DNA from: an uncultured Candidatus Saccharibacteria bacterium
GTDB lineage: Bacteria > Patescibacteriota > Saccharimonadia > CAILAD01 > BJGX01
DNA: 64,000 nt
Direction of reading: 5' to 3'
Assembly (NCBI GenBank): GCA_964637185.1
Contig: CAZWVB010000001.1
Span: forward strand, 68,539-132,538
Shown here: positions 50,468 through 60,530 of the stretch, one piece after another
Position numbering within the stretch: position 1 is the stretch's first letter
Layout: the number at the start of each line of letters is the position of its first letter
The notes under the pieces: model-generated
The model's input: the letters and a program-made list of their open reading frames with translations, nothing else
What the model was told of the DNA's origin: nothing
Database searches by the model: none
Program-made: the position numbers and the translations under genes

Positions 50468-51016
50468 ATGGAACTACTGGAAAGGCCGGGCTACCTCGGC
50501 AAGCGACGTGATGCCTACGTGGCCGAGCTCAACGAGCGCTATGGCCAGGGCCGCTGGAAGTTTGTGTGGCGGTGGGGGAGCATGGTGCTCGACTTCGTGG
50601 AGGCCTGTGGCATCTACGAAGACGCTTACTATCAGTACTTGCTGAGCCGGCCATGGGTACTGGCACAGCTGGTAGTCGAGGCCAGTGATGTATATGACGA
50701 CGCGCCCAGCAATGTCGACTCTGTCTACGACTACACAGCACAGGAGACCGAGCGCACGCACGTGCAAGACATCGCCATCCGCCGCTGCTTGCGCCGCTGC
50801 GGAACATGGTTTGCGGGCACACAGTTGCTGCAAATCCGCGACAGCCGCGGCGATCATCCGCTCAGCATGACGCTGTCGCCTGGTCAAGTGCCTTTTCACA
50901 TGCCGGAGCTGATCGTGCGACCCGCCGCCAACACCGATGCCGACAGCCAACCATGGTGGCTGCCCGATACGGTCGAGGACTTCTACCAGTCCAACCGCTA
51001 CGTGGCGATACTCTGA
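50468..51016 (+). CDS. hypothetical protein (GC-rich islet e)
   Basis: AAAGGAGAA RBS; GC3-rich; opposite-strand ORF rejected. Confidence 0.5.
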   Translation: MELLERPGYLGKRRDAYVAELNERYGQGRWKFVWRWGSMVLDFVEACGIYEDAYYQYLLSRPWVLAQLVVEASDVYDDAPSNVDSVYDYTAQETERTHVQDIAIRRCLRRCGTWFAGTQLLQIRDSRGDHPLSMTLSPGQVPFHMPELIVRPAANTDADSQPWWLPDTVEDFYQSNRYVAIL

Positions 51017-51026
51017 CGCGAAGGCT

Positions 51027-51059
51027 GTTCTGGGCGAGTGCAATGCGCTCGCCCAGAAC
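51027..51059. terminator. perfect 12-bp GC hairpin (GTTCTGGGCGAG/CTCGCCCAGAAC)
   Basis: Immediately after the islet e stop. Confidence 0.5.
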
Positions 51060-51109
51060 AAGTCAAAATAGTTTTGTCTATACTGGCTATACCTGGTAAA
51101 ATGGGGCGT

Positions 51110-51400
51110 ATGGCCAAGCTTTCTATTACTGATATCGAAAAAGTTGCTAGACTAGCTAGAATTGATTTGAAGGATCAGGAAAAAGACCAACTCACTACCG
51201 AAGTTGGTAGCATTTTGGATTTTGTCGAGACCATCCAATCGGTAGATACCCAAGGAGTGGAGCCGACCGCTCAAGTCACTGGCTTGCAAGACGTGTTACG
51301 CGATGATTTGGTAAAGAAATGCGATGTGCTGCCAGCTGAATTGCTGCAAAACGTACCAGGGTTAGAAGACGGATATATTAAGGTACCCAAAGTATTGTAA
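51110..51400 (+). CDS. gatC: Asp/Glu-tRNA(Asn/Gln) amidotransferase subunit C
   Basis: About 96-aa GatC-like protein preceding gatA. Alternative start 51101. Confidence 0.8.
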   Translation: MAKLSITDIEKVARLARIDLKDQEKDQLTTEVGSILDFVETIQSVDTQGVEPTAQVTGLQDVLRDDLVKKCDVLPAELLQNVPGLEDGYIKVPKVL

Positions 51401-51405
51401 TTATC

Positions 51406-52818
51406 ATGGCCGACCTAGCTTATTTATCTATTGCCCAAGCACACCAGCTGCTCACGACTAGGCAAGTCACCTGTGTAGAGTTGGTCCAATACTATCTCGA
51501 TCGTATCGCCAAGTACGATGGCACTCTTAAGACTGTTCTGACACTGTGTGACAAATCTGCGCTAGAGGCTGCGCGACAAGTAGATAACAAGCTCGCAAAT
51601 GACGAAGCAATCAGTATTCTTGAGGGCATTCCATATACTGCCAAGGACATGTTCCTGACCGCTGGTGTGCGCACTACCGCTGCTAGCAAAATGTTGGATA
51701 GCTTCGTAGCACCATACAGCGCCACGGCTATTCAAAAACTTGATGCAGCTGGTGCCATACTACTAGCCAAAGTCAACCAAGACGAATACGCCCATGGTGG
51801 CAGTACCGAAAACAGTGCTTATCATCCTAGTCACAATCCATGGAATACCGACTATGTGCCAGGTGGCAGTAGTGGTGGTAGTGCAGCAGCCGTTGCCGCT
51901 GATTTTGGTATTTTTAGTATGGGCACAGACACTGGCGGCTCGATTCGTCAACCTGCAGCCTATTGTGGTGTGACCGGGCTTAAGCCAACCTATGGCGCAG
52001 TGAGCCGTTATGGCGTGGTAGCCATGGCGAGCAGTTTTGATTGTATCGGTCCGATAGCGCGTAGCGCCGAAGATGCCACAGAGGTGTTCAAGGTAATTGC
52101 CGGTCAAGACAAAATGGACGCTACCACCATCGCAGTGGACGTAGACAAACCTAAGCTCCCTAAGAGTATAGGCTTTGCCAAAGAATACATGGATCATGCA
52201 GCTGTAGTCGAAGCCATCAATAACATAGATCTCAAGGCCGAGGAGTTGGATTTGCCAGATGGCGAATTGGCTTTGGCGGCATATTATATTTTGGTACCGT
52301 CGGAGATTAGCTCCAATCTAGAGCGCTATGACAGTATCCGCTATGGCTCAGTATCGGCCGATGCCAAAGATTTGCAGCAGCGTTATAGTTACTCACGCGA
52401 TGAATTTTTTGGGGCCGAAGTAAAGCGCCGCAACATTATCGGTACTTATGCGCTGTCGGCTGGCTACTACGATGCCTACTACAACCGCGCTATGCAGATA
52501 CGCAGTATCATACGCGAGCAATTCGACAAGTTGTTTGAGCGGGTCGATGCGATAGTGACGCCTACGACGGTAGCGCCGGCCTTCCAACTTGGTAGCAAAT
52601 CAGATCCAGTCGAGATGTACAAAACCGATATCCTGACTGTCTCGGCCAATCTTGCAGGTATTCCAGCGATCAGTGTACCGGCCGGCGTCGACGAGACAAG
52701 CGGGCTGCCGCTAGGTTTGCAGATCATGGGTCCACAGGGCAGCGATGCTGCTGTACTGGCGCTAGCACAAGAGTTCCAAAAATCCACCGACTGGCATACA
52801 CGGAGGCCAAACTTATGA
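51406..52818 (+). CDS. gatA: Asp/Glu-tRNA(Asn/Gln) amidotransferase subunit A
   Basis: Amidase signature GGSSGGSAAAVAA and Ser-cisSer-Lys triad region. Confidence 0.9.
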   Translation: MADLAYLSIAQAHQLLTTRQVTCVELVQYYLDRIAKYDGTLKTVLTLCDKSALEAARQVDNKLANDEAISILEGIPYTAKDMFLTAGVRTTAASKMLDSFVAPYSATAIQKLDAAGAILLAKVNQDEYAHGGSTENSAYHPSHNPWNTDYVPGGSSGGSAAAVAADFGIFSMGTDTGGSIRQPAAYCGVTGLKPTYGAVSRYGVVAMASSFDCIGPIARSAEDATEVFKVIAGQDKMDATTIAVDVDKPKLPKSIGFAKEYMDHAAVVEAINNIDLKAEELDLPDGELALAAYYILVPSEISSNLERYDSIRYGSVSADAKDLQQRYSYSRDEFFGAEVKRRNIIGTYALSAGYYDAYYNRAMQIRSIIREQFDKLFERVDAIVTPTTVAPAFQLGSKSDPVEMYKTDILTVSANLAGIPAISVPAGVDETSGLPLGLQIMGPQGSDAAVLALAQEFQKSTDWHTRRPNL

Positions 52819-53276
52819 ATATCTCAATCATTGTCGCCATAGTGGTACTAAGCGCGCTGGTTTACATACTTCTCAAGACTGAGCCCAGGGCACTGCGGCA
52901 GAAAAAGGCCGCTTTGCACGGTGGACACAAGCCGGCTGAGGCCAAACCAAGCCTGGACGTGGAGTTGGTACGTAGCAAATGGACAGATATACTTAGCATG
53001 CAGCAAGCCGGCCCCAGTGGACTCAAGAACGCACTTATGGAAGCTGACAAATTACTCGACTACGTCATGAAAGCACGTGGTTTTGCCGGTGAGACTATGG
53101 CTGATCGGCTGCGCAGTGGTGGGCAAAGTCTCAGCAATCTCAATGCTGTTTGGGAGGCCCACAAATTGCGCAACCAGCTAGCTCACGAGGTAGAGCATGA
53201 CTTGGTGGCTCAACAGGTACGCAATGCTCTTTTGACTTATCAACAGGCTATAACTGACTTGGGAGTAAGATTATGA
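52815..53276 (+). CDS. membrane-anchored hypothetical protein inserted between gatA and gatB
   Basis: N-terminal TM; translationally coupled (overlapping stops/starts) on both sides. Confidence 0.5.
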   Translation: MNISIIVAIVVLSALVYILLKTEPRALRQKKAALHGGHKPAEAKPSLDVELVRSKWTDILSMQQAGPSGLKNALMEADKLLDYVMKARGFAGETMADRLRSGGQSLSNLNAVWEAHKLRNQLAHEVEHDLVAQQVRNALLTYQQAITDLGVRL

Positions 53277-54706
53277 GCAAAAAGTATACTCCAACTATAG
53301 GTATCGAGATCCACACTCAGTTGGCCACAGACAGCAAGATGTTTTGTGCTTGCCCCAGTGACGATCGAGGTGCTGCGCCCAACACCAACGTCTGCCCGGT
53401 ATGCTTGGCTCTGCCCGGAGCTTTGCCGGTGCCCAATCGCCGTGCTGTCGAGTTGGCAATCAAACTCGGTCTGGGTATCAATGCCAATATCAATGAGCTT
53501 AGTCGTTTTGACCGCAAAAATTATTTCTACCCTGATTCACCCAAAGGCTACCAAATCACTCAGATGGATTTGCCAATCGTGTCTGATGGCAAAGTAGAAA
53601 TATTGATTGATGGCGAGTTTCGGACCATTCGAGTCAATCGCGCTCATCTTGAAGAAGATGCTGGTAAGTCTATCCATCCGGCAGGCAAGGCCTACAGCCT
53701 GGTAGATCTCAACCGAGCCGGTACGCCGTTACTCGAGATAGTCTCAGAGCCTGATATGCATAGCCCTCTGGAGGCCCGTCGCTATCTACAGGAAATATAC
53801 AATATCGCCACAACTCTTGGCGTGACACGCGGCGATCTGCAACACGGTAATTTCAAATTTGACCTCAATGTCTCAGTATCTGACACTGAAAATCTCGGCA
53901 CCCGTACTGAGCTCAAAAATCTCAACTCATTTCGTCATGCCGAGAAAGCTCTCACCTACGAAATCCAGCGCCAGATTGAGCTGATCGAAAAAGGCGAGAC
54001 GGTGGTACAAGAAACGCGTGGTTACAACGATGCCAAGGGCATCACGGTCAGTCAGCGCGGTAAGGAAGAAGCACATGATTATCGGTATTTCCCAGAGCCT
54101 GATATTCCACCGGTAGTTGTAACAAGAAAAATGATAGAAAGTGCACGCAAGGATATCTCAGTTTTGCCGATCGAAGTACGCCGCGAACTAATTGAGTTGG
54201 GGCTCAATGTTGATGAGCAAGATGTGCTTATAGGCCAAGCCAAGACGATGGAGATATTTCAGGCTGCTCGTGACCAGGTCAATGATCAAAAAGGCACCAA
54301 AAGATTGGTCAATTGGTTGGTCGGCGATTACCAGGCTTGGCTCGCGGAGCATAGCGAACAGGAATCCAAGCTAAGCGGTGAGGCGTTGGCAGATCTTGTG
54401 AATCTGATAACATCCAATACCATCAGCAACGCTATCGCCAAAGACATATTTGCAGATGTCATAGCAGGTGGTTGGCCGCAAGAGATAGTTGACAAAAGAG
54501 GCCTGGCCCAACTATCCGATGATTCAGCGATCGAACAAATAATTCGTGATGTAATATCACAAAACCCACAGGCCAAGGCCGACTTTGCGGCTGGTAAGCC
54601 TCAAGCCATCGGTTTCCTGATGGGGCAGATCATGAAGGCCAGCAAAGGCCAGGCCAACCCTAGCAAAGCACAGGCACTTTTGGCTACAATATTGAAGGAG
54701 GATTAA
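53273..54706 (+). CDS. gatB: Asp/Glu-tRNA(Asn/Gln) amidotransferase subunit B
   Basis: GatB N-terminal catalytic and C-terminal YqeY-like domains; 477 aa. Confidence 0.9.
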   Translation: MSKKYTPTIGIEIHTQLATDSKMFCACPSDDRGAAPNTNVCPVCLALPGALPVPNRRAVELAIKLGLGINANINELSRFDRKNYFYPDSPKGYQITQMDLPIVSDGKVEILIDGEFRTIRVNRAHLEEDAGKSIHPAGKAYSLVDLNRAGTPLLEIVSEPDMHSPLEARRYLQEIYNIATTLGVTRGDLQHGNFKFDLNVSVSDTENLGTRTELKNLNSFRHAEKALTYEIQRQIELIEKGETVVQETRGYNDAKGITVSQRGKEEAHDYRYFPEPDIPPVVVTRKMIESARKDISVLPIEVRRELIELGLNVDEQDVLIGQAKTMEIFQAARDQVNDQKGTKRLVNWLVGDYQAWLAEHSEQESKLSGEALADLVNLITSNTISNAIAKDIFADVIAGGWPQEIVDKRGLAQLSDDSAIEQIIRDVISQNPQAKADFAAGKPQAIGFLMGQIMKASKGQANPSKAQALLATILKED

Positions 54707-55336
54707 ATGCAACCATTTGGCTTAGACTTAACCAAAGGCGTACAGAACATAACTGTTAGCTTCAATAGTATTGTGCCTAACATACCGCGGGCACTGCTAT
54801 TTCTATTGATTGGTATCATTGTAGTCAAACTCATCAACCGTCTTAGCAAACCAATTTTGCGACTCACGCATTGGCCAATTGGTTTGCAGGAGATAATGCA
54901 AACCGTGATACGATTGGTAGCCTGGGCTTTTCTTGCTATCGCGTTTTTGCAAGTGATTGGCCTAAGCTCAGTAGCATTGGCGTTGACTGGCTCAGTAGCG
55001 GTGTTGGCAATTGGTTTTAGCTCGGGACTGTCCGGACTAGTCGCCGACTTGGTAGCAGGGTTGCAAATAGCTAACGACAAAGATTTCAAAGTCGGCTACA
55101 AAGTAATTGCTGGTGATCGTAAGACCGAGGGTATAGTGCGTGAGATGGATATCAAGAAGATCCGTATTGAGGACGCTGATGGGCATATACATGTCATTGC
55201 CAACTCGCTAGTTGAAAAAAACGAGTGGATCGTGTTGGAGCGACACGTACACAGCAAGATGCCGCAGTCATCTGTTATAATGAAGAAAGCCAAACAGTCT
55301 GCCAATACAATTAAGCAGAAAGTGAGTAAGAAATGA
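54707..55336 (+). CDS. small MscS-like mechanosensitive channel family protein
   Basis: TM helices followed by a beta domain (KVGYKVIAGDRKTEGIVREMDIKKIRIED). Confidence 0.55.
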   Translation: MQPFGLDLTKGVQNITVSFNSIVPNIPRALLFLLIGIIVVKLINRLSKPILRLTHWPIGLQEIMQTVIRLVAWAFLAIAFLQVIGLSSVALALTGSVAVLAIGFSSGLSGLVADLVAGLQIANDKDFKVGYKVIAGDRKTEGIVREMDIKKIRIEDADGHIHVIANSLVEKNEWIVLERHVHSKMPQSSVIMKKAKQSANTIKQKVSKK

Positions 55337-55608
55337 CGGGATTGGAAATAGCTTTATTAAGTGTAGTGTCAGTTGGGGTACTAATTTTGATAGTCTATAC
55401 GATCGTATTTCTAGTAATCATGGTCAAGACCATGAAACAGATTAAGATAGCGGCCGAGAAGGTTCAAGAGGGTGCCGATCAAGCTGTCGATCTAGTCGAT
55501 GAAGTGCGTCGCACTGTAGTGAACCCTGGCATTATAGCTATGATGATAGACAAATATTTCTCCAAAGCTCGCAAGAGAGCACGCAACCGCCAAAAGGATG
55601 AAGAATAA
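55333..55608 (+). CDS. DUF948 (YtxG-like) membrane protein
   Basis: N-terminal TM + coiled-coil; adjacent to the YtxH-like gene as in Firmicutes ytxG-ytxH. Confidence 0.5.
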   Translation: MTGLEIALLSVVSVGVLILIVYTIVFLVIMVKTMKQIKIAAEKVQEGADQAVDLVDEVRRTVVNPGIIAMMIDKYFSKARKRARNRQKDEE

Positions 55609-56072
55609 TGGCCCGACGCGGCTTTCTCAAGGGGGCAATAGTCGGAGGTATAATCGCTGGTGTAGCGGGCGTGTTATTTGCACCCAAGAAAGGCTCAGCA
55701 ACCCGACGTGATCTAAAAAAGAAGATAGATACTACCCAGCGTGATCTCAATAAGAAATTGCAAGAGGCCAAGAATAACGGCTCGGCTGAGACCAAACAAC
55801 TTATTGAGTCTGGTGAGAAAATAGCCAAAGAGCTCGGTCGGCGCAGTGATGAGTTGGGTGACGAAGCCAAGAAGATTGGCCGAGTTAGTGTAGACGAAGC
55901 CAAAATACTGTCACACAAAGCAGCCGAGCTGATGCTGGAGCTAGCTGAGGCTACCCAAAAGTCAGTCAAGAGAGGCCAACGCAACTACAAGAAAATGTCG
56001 CGCGAGCAAGCTGCCAATCAAAAACCTGCGACTAAGGCCAATGTCAACAAACCATCCTCAAAAACCAAGTAG
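55608..56072 (+). CDS. YtxH-like protein
   Basis: GFLKGAIVGGIIAGVAGVLFAPKKGSATRRDL matches the YtxH signature. Confidence 0.6.
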   Translation: MARRGFLKGAIVGGIIAGVAGVLFAPKKGSATRRDLKKKIDTTQRDLNKKLQEAKNNGSAETKQLIESGEKIAKELGRRSDELGDEAKKIGRVSVDEAKILSHKAAELMLELAEATQKSVKRGQRNYKKMSREQAANQKPATKANVNKPSSKTK

Positions 56073-56316
56073 GTTGGATCGTAAGGCTACCGATAGCGTA
56101 AGTATTGATGCAGTCGCAGAGCTACTTCATAACCCGCGCAAGCTGTGGTGGCTAAATTTTAAGACTGGACTCACGCGTGGCTTTGCTGGTGTACTTGGAG
56201 CTGCCTTGGCAATTGTAATTATTGGGTTTTTGGTAGCTAAGCTGGGCGGCTTGCCGATTGTTGGGGATTTCCTGCGCGAAGTCGGCAATGCTACTTCTAC
56301 TAGTTCTAGCAAGTAA
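56041..56316 (+). CDS. small membrane protein, hypothetical
   Basis: Two hydrophobic helices; weak. Confidence 0.35.
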   Translation: MSTNHPQKPSRLDRKATDSVSIDAVAELLHNPRKLWWLNFKTGLTRGFAGVLGAALAIVIIGFLVAKLGGLPIVGDFLREVGNATSTSSSK

Positions 56317-56403
56317 TATCCATCCCACAACATTTCATAGATTGAAATATTCTGGGGTAGATCCGTCCCGACACCGAAGTGTCGAGACGGTCACCCTCCT
56401 AGC

Positions 56404-56772
56404 TCAGCTGACCAGTGCGTGCGACTGTCGCTCCAACACCGTGAGGAAGTGCTCATGGATACGCCGCTTCACGGCATGGCCTGGAGCCTCATCGATGATG
56501 CCGAGCATCCGTACCTGCAGGCGAGCGTCCTCTTCGGTGGTGAAGAGAGCGATTGCATCCTGCGGGCTGTTCGGGTTGAGGATCACACGCAGGATGCGTG
56601 GGTTGGTGTCAGAGTGAGATACGTGGATCTCGAGCTCCTTGCCTTCGATGTTCACCAGCACCCTGGTGTAACGTCCGCGCTCGTCCTCGACGCGGAGGCG
56701 ACCCTGCCCCTGCAGGAAGGCCTCGAACAGTCGACGTACCAGCTGGATTGTCAAATCGGTAGACATGGTCAC
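56404..56772 (-). CDS. hypothetical protein (GC-rich islet f)
   Basis: AGAAGGAGGTGACC RBS before ATG; GC3-rich; plus-strand antisense ORF rejected. Confidence 0.5.
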   Translation of the reverse strand: MTMSTDLTIQLVRRLFEAFLQGQGRLRVEDERGRYTRVLVNIEGKELEIHVSHSDTNPRILRVILNPNSPQDAIALFTTEEDARLQVRMLGIIDEAPGHAVKRRIHEHFLTVLERQSHALVS

Positions 56773-56878
56773 CTCCTTCTGGTGCTTGATGGGTCTACCA
56801 ACGGTGAGCGGTATTATAAGTGATATTTACAACTATTTCAAGCTTAATAAGCATCAAGTCTTCTAGTACAATAGATGT

Positions 56879-59800
56879 ATGGCGGAGGCGGAGACACCAG
56901 CTACCAATGAAGTTATCGAAAAAGCTCGCAAGGCCCAAGGCTTTGTGGACTTTGTGCACCTGCATAATCATACTCACTACAGCCTACTTGATGGTCTACA
57001 AAAAGTGCCTCAGTTGGTGGACAAGATAGAAGCACTGGGCCAAACATCGGTGGCTATCACCGACCATGGCAGCATGAGCGGAGCCATTGAGTTTTACAAA
57101 GCTTGCAAAGAGCGTGCTATCAAACCAATTATCGGTATGGAGACCTACGTAGCGCCTCGCAAACACACTGACAAGAGCAGTGTCGAGGATCGCAATCCAT
57201 ATCACCTCACACTACTGGCGCAAAATCGACAAGGTTATCAAAATCTCATGCGTCTTAGTACCATAGCCAATCTAGACGGGTTTTACTACAAGCCCCGTGT
57301 CGATCACGATCTACTCAAGAAATATCGTGAAGGCCTCGTGGTATTGTCGGGCTGTGCGGGTGGTGAGGTAGGCACATATTTACTCAACGATGACTTTGAG
57401 CGCGCTCTCGAAACTGCCAAATGGTACCAAAAAGTGTTTGGTCCAGATCACTATTATTTGGAGATGCAGCCACATATCGAGCAGGATTTTCAACGCAAGG
57501 TCAATGAAGGCGTGCAGAAAATTGCTAAGATCACCAACATACCTTTGGTGGTGACGGGCGATGCGCACTATACCGACAGCGATAATCACTATGCTCACGA
57601 CATCTTGCTGTGTGTGCAGACTGGTTCGACTGTCGAAGATACCAATCGCATGAAGCTCGAGATGGATCTGTCTGTCAATAGTGGTGCGGCAATGCTTGAG
57701 AAATTCCCAGATCATCCAGAAGCGATAAGCAATACTGTCAAGATATCACAGATGTGCGATCTCGAAATAGAGCTAGGTAAGATATTGATCCCACGCTTTG
57801 AGGTGCCTCAGGGCGAGACCGAGAAAAGCTACCTTCGCAAATTGGTTTTTCAAGGCGCCGCTTTTCGTTATGCCGGTGTTAGCAAAGGCAAGATGGCCAA
57901 GTTGAGTGAAGCTGATGTAGCCCCCAAACTTGGCAAGGATGTGATGGAAAGAATTGAATATGAACTGGGTGTGATTGGTGATATGGGCTACGAAGGCTAC
58001 ATGCTGATAGTGGCTGATCTGATCAATTGGAGTAAAAATCAAGGCATCATCTGCGGACCAGGGCGTGGTAGCGCGGCAGGTAGCATCATTAGCTATGTCA
58101 CCGGTATTACCGAGCTAGATCCACTCAAATACGATCTACTTTTTGAGCGCTTTCTCAATCCCGACCGTATTAGCATGCCGGATATCGATATGGATTATGC
58201 AGACGATCGTCGCGAAGAAGTGATTGCCTATGCCACTGAAAAATATGGTCATAGCCAAGTCGCACAGATTATTACCTTTGGTATCATGGCAGCACGCAAT
58301 GCGGTACGTGACACTGGGCGGGTACTGGGTATTGGATATGGCGAGGTCGATGCGATTGCCAAAAAAATACCTGCTCCGGTGCAAGGTCGACATATACCGC
58401 TACACAAATTGATAGTAGACGATCCAGAGTTGCAGACTGAATACCAGAAAAACCCTCAGGCCAAGCAGGTGATAGATGTTGCTATGCAACTTGAGGGTAC
58501 CATACGTAACGCCGGCACACACGCGGCTGGCGTTGTGATAGCGCCCGATGACTTGGTCAAGTTTGTGCCGTTGACACGTGCCAGCAAGGGCGGTGTATCG
58601 ACACAGTTTATCGGTACTACCATTGAAGAGTTGGGTCTGCTGAAATTTGATTTCTTGGGTCTGAGCAACCTCACCATTATCAAAAACGCTCTGCGCATAG
58701 TCCGCAAAGTCTACGGGCAGGAGATTGATCCGACAGAGATACCAATCGACGACCCAAAGACCTACGAACTGTTTGCGCGTGGCGACACTACTGGTGTGTT
58801 CCAATTTGAATCGGCTGGCATGAAACGCTATTTGCGCGATCTCAAGCCGGATAGATTTGATGACATTATCGCTATGGGGGCTCTCTATCGCCCTGGTCCC
58901 ATGCAATGGATTGATGATTTTATCAATCGCAAACACAATCCCGATCTAGTCCAATACGGTCACCCAAAGATGCAAGCAGCGCTCGAAAACACCTATGGCG
59001 TGATAGTGTATCAGGAGCAGGTCATGCAGATTGCCAAAGACATGTGCGGCTTCACTGGCGGTCAAGCCGATACCTTGCGCAAAGGCATTGGCAAGAAAAT
59101 CCCCGAAGTTCTGGCCAAGATGAAAAAAGACTTTATCCAGGGCGCTATCAAAACCAGTCAGGTAGACAAAAAGTTCGTCGAGGATCTGTGGAAAGGGCTC
59201 GAAGACTTTGCGGCCTATAGCTTCAATAAAAGTCATGCGGCTTGTTACGCTCTTATCGCTGTGCAAACTGCTTGGCTCAAGGCACACTATCCAGCGGCAT
59301 TTATGGCGGCATTGCTTACCTCCGATCATGAAAACTTGGATCGGATTGCCATCGAAGTGGCTGAGTGCAAGAAGATGGGACTTGAAGTATTGGCGCCGGA
59401 TATCAACGAGAGCTTCGCTGAATTCGCAGTAGTACCAGATAGCAACAAGATTCGTTTTGGCCTAGGCGCTATCAAAAATGTTGGTATGGGTCCAGTCGAG
59501 AAAATACTTGAGGCACGCGATGAAGGCGGCGCATTTAAAACCATAGAGGATTTTTGCCGCCGCGTCGACGCTACCGTGATCAACAAAAAAGTCATGGAGT
59601 CACTATTCAAATGCGGCGCATTTGATGGTTTTGGCGACCGTGATATGTTGCTGGAGAATATGGATCGCATCACCATGTACGCTGCTAAGGTGCAGAAGAG
59701 TGCTCTGAGCGGGCAGATCGACATCTTTGGCTCAATGGGTATGGAGGCTGAGATACCACCACTCCAGCTCGATACGGCCACTAATACCAGTGATTCACGT

Positions 59801-60496
59801 ACCCGACTGATGTGGGAGAAGGAGTTATTGGGATTGTATATCAGCAAACATCCGCTCGACGATTTTCGCAATTATCTACTCAACAAAACGCAAAGTATCA
59901 AGAAGTACAATCGCAATCACGACGGTACGGTGCTGACGGTCGGCGGCATAGTCACTGGTATGCGCAAGATTTACACCAAGAACAACGATCCAATGGCCTT
60001 TGTACAACTTGAGACACTAGATGGTGATCTGGAAGTGATAGTATTTCCACGCACCTATGAGAAGGTCGGCGATATGTTGGTAGAAGATGCAGTACTGGAG
60101 ATCAAGGGCAAGATCAACGCTCGAGATCGCGAAGGCAATGCCACTGATGAGCTCAAGGTTATGGCAGACGCCGTCAAGAAGATAGACTTCGATGTGGCCA
60201 AGCACATGCCAACTCCCAAACAAAAACCAGCCGAGCCTGAGCCAGCTGATGCCGCAGCAATTTTCTTGCGCTTGCCGGATAGTACGGATCAAGAGCGCCT
60301 ACTCAAGGTGAAGTCAATCTTGGATACGGCCAAAGGCAATATTCCCGTGGTACTTTATTTCGTTAGCTCCGGTCAGGCCATGAGACTGCCTGGCGGAGTT
60401 GATATTACTGAAGATCTAAAAACACAATTATCATCACTGATAGGCAAAGAAAATTGCAAAATCCAAACCAAACCAACTACCCCTCAGAGAGCTTGA
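56879..60496 (+). CDS. dnaE: DNA polymerase III subunit alpha
   Basis: PHP domain (HLHNHTHYSLLDG), polymerase core, OB fold; 1205 aa. Confidence 0.95.
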   Translation: MAEAETPATNEVIEKARKAQGFVDFVHLHNHTHYSLLDGLQKVPQLVDKIEALGQTSVAITDHGSMSGAIEFYKACKERAIKPIIGMETYVAPRKHTDKSSVEDRNPYHLTLLAQNRQGYQNLMRLSTIANLDGFYYKPRVDHDLLKKYREGLVVLSGCAGGEVGTYLLNDDFERALETAKWYQKVFGPDHYYLEMQPHIEQDFQRKVNEGVQKIAKITNIPLVVTGDAHYTDSDNHYAHDILLCVQTGSTVEDTNRMKLEMDLSVNSGAAMLEKFPDHPEAISNTVKISQMCDLEIELGKILIPRFEVPQGETEKSYLRKLVFQGAAFRYAGVSKGKMAKLSEADVAPKLGKDVMERIEYELGVIGDMGYEGYMLIVADLINWSKNQGIICGPGRGSAAGSIISYVTGITELDPLKYDLLFERFLNPDRISMPDIDMDYADDRREEVIAYATEKYGHSQVAQIITFGIMAARNAVRDTGRVLGIGYGEVDAIAKKIPAPVQGRHIPLHKLIVDDPELQTEYQKNPQAKQVIDVAMQLEGTIRNAGTHAAGVVIAPDDLVKFVPLTRASKGGVSTQFIGTTIEELGLLKFDFLGLSNLTIIKNALRIVRKVYGQEIDPTEIPIDDPKTYELFARGDTTGVFQFESAGMKRYLRDLKPDRFDDIIAMGALYRPGPMQWIDDFINRKHNPDLVQYGHPKMQAALENTYGVIVYQEQVMQIAKDMCGFTGGQADTLRKGIGKKIPEVLAKMKKDFIQGAIKTSQVDKKFVEDLWKGLEDFAAYSFNKSHAACYALIAVQTAWLKAHYPAAFMAALLTSDHENLDRIAIEVAECKKMGLEVLAPDINESFAEFAVVPDSNKIRFGLGAIKNVGMGPVEKILEARDEGGAFKTIEDFCRRVDATVINKKVMESLFKCGAFDGFGDRDMLLENMDRITMYAAKVQKSALSGQIDIFGSMGMEAEIPPLQLDTATNTSDSRTRLMWEKELLGLYISKHPLDDFRNYLLNKTQSIKKYNRNHDGTVLTVGGIVTGMRKIYTKNNDPMAFVQLETLDGDLEVIVFPRTYEKVGDMLVEDAVLEIKGKINARDREGNATDELKVMADAVKKIDFDVAKHMPTPKQKPAEPEPADAAAIFLRLPDSTDQERLLKVKSILDTAKGNIPVVLYFVSSGQAMRLPGGVDITEDLKTQLSSLIGKENCKIQTKPTTPQRA

Positions 60497-60530
60497 ATAT
60501 TTAGCTCCGTTATGCTATTATGGAGCGATC

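Noticed and set aside
50474-51061. 195-aa minus-strand ORF in islet e
   Set aside because: No RBS, start overlaps the terminator hairpin; the plus-strand ORF has an RBS and GC3-biased codons.
56419-56823. 134-aa plus-strand ORF in islet f
   Set aside because: Antisense to the ORF that has a strong RBS (AGAAGGAGGTGACC-ATG); no start signals of its own.
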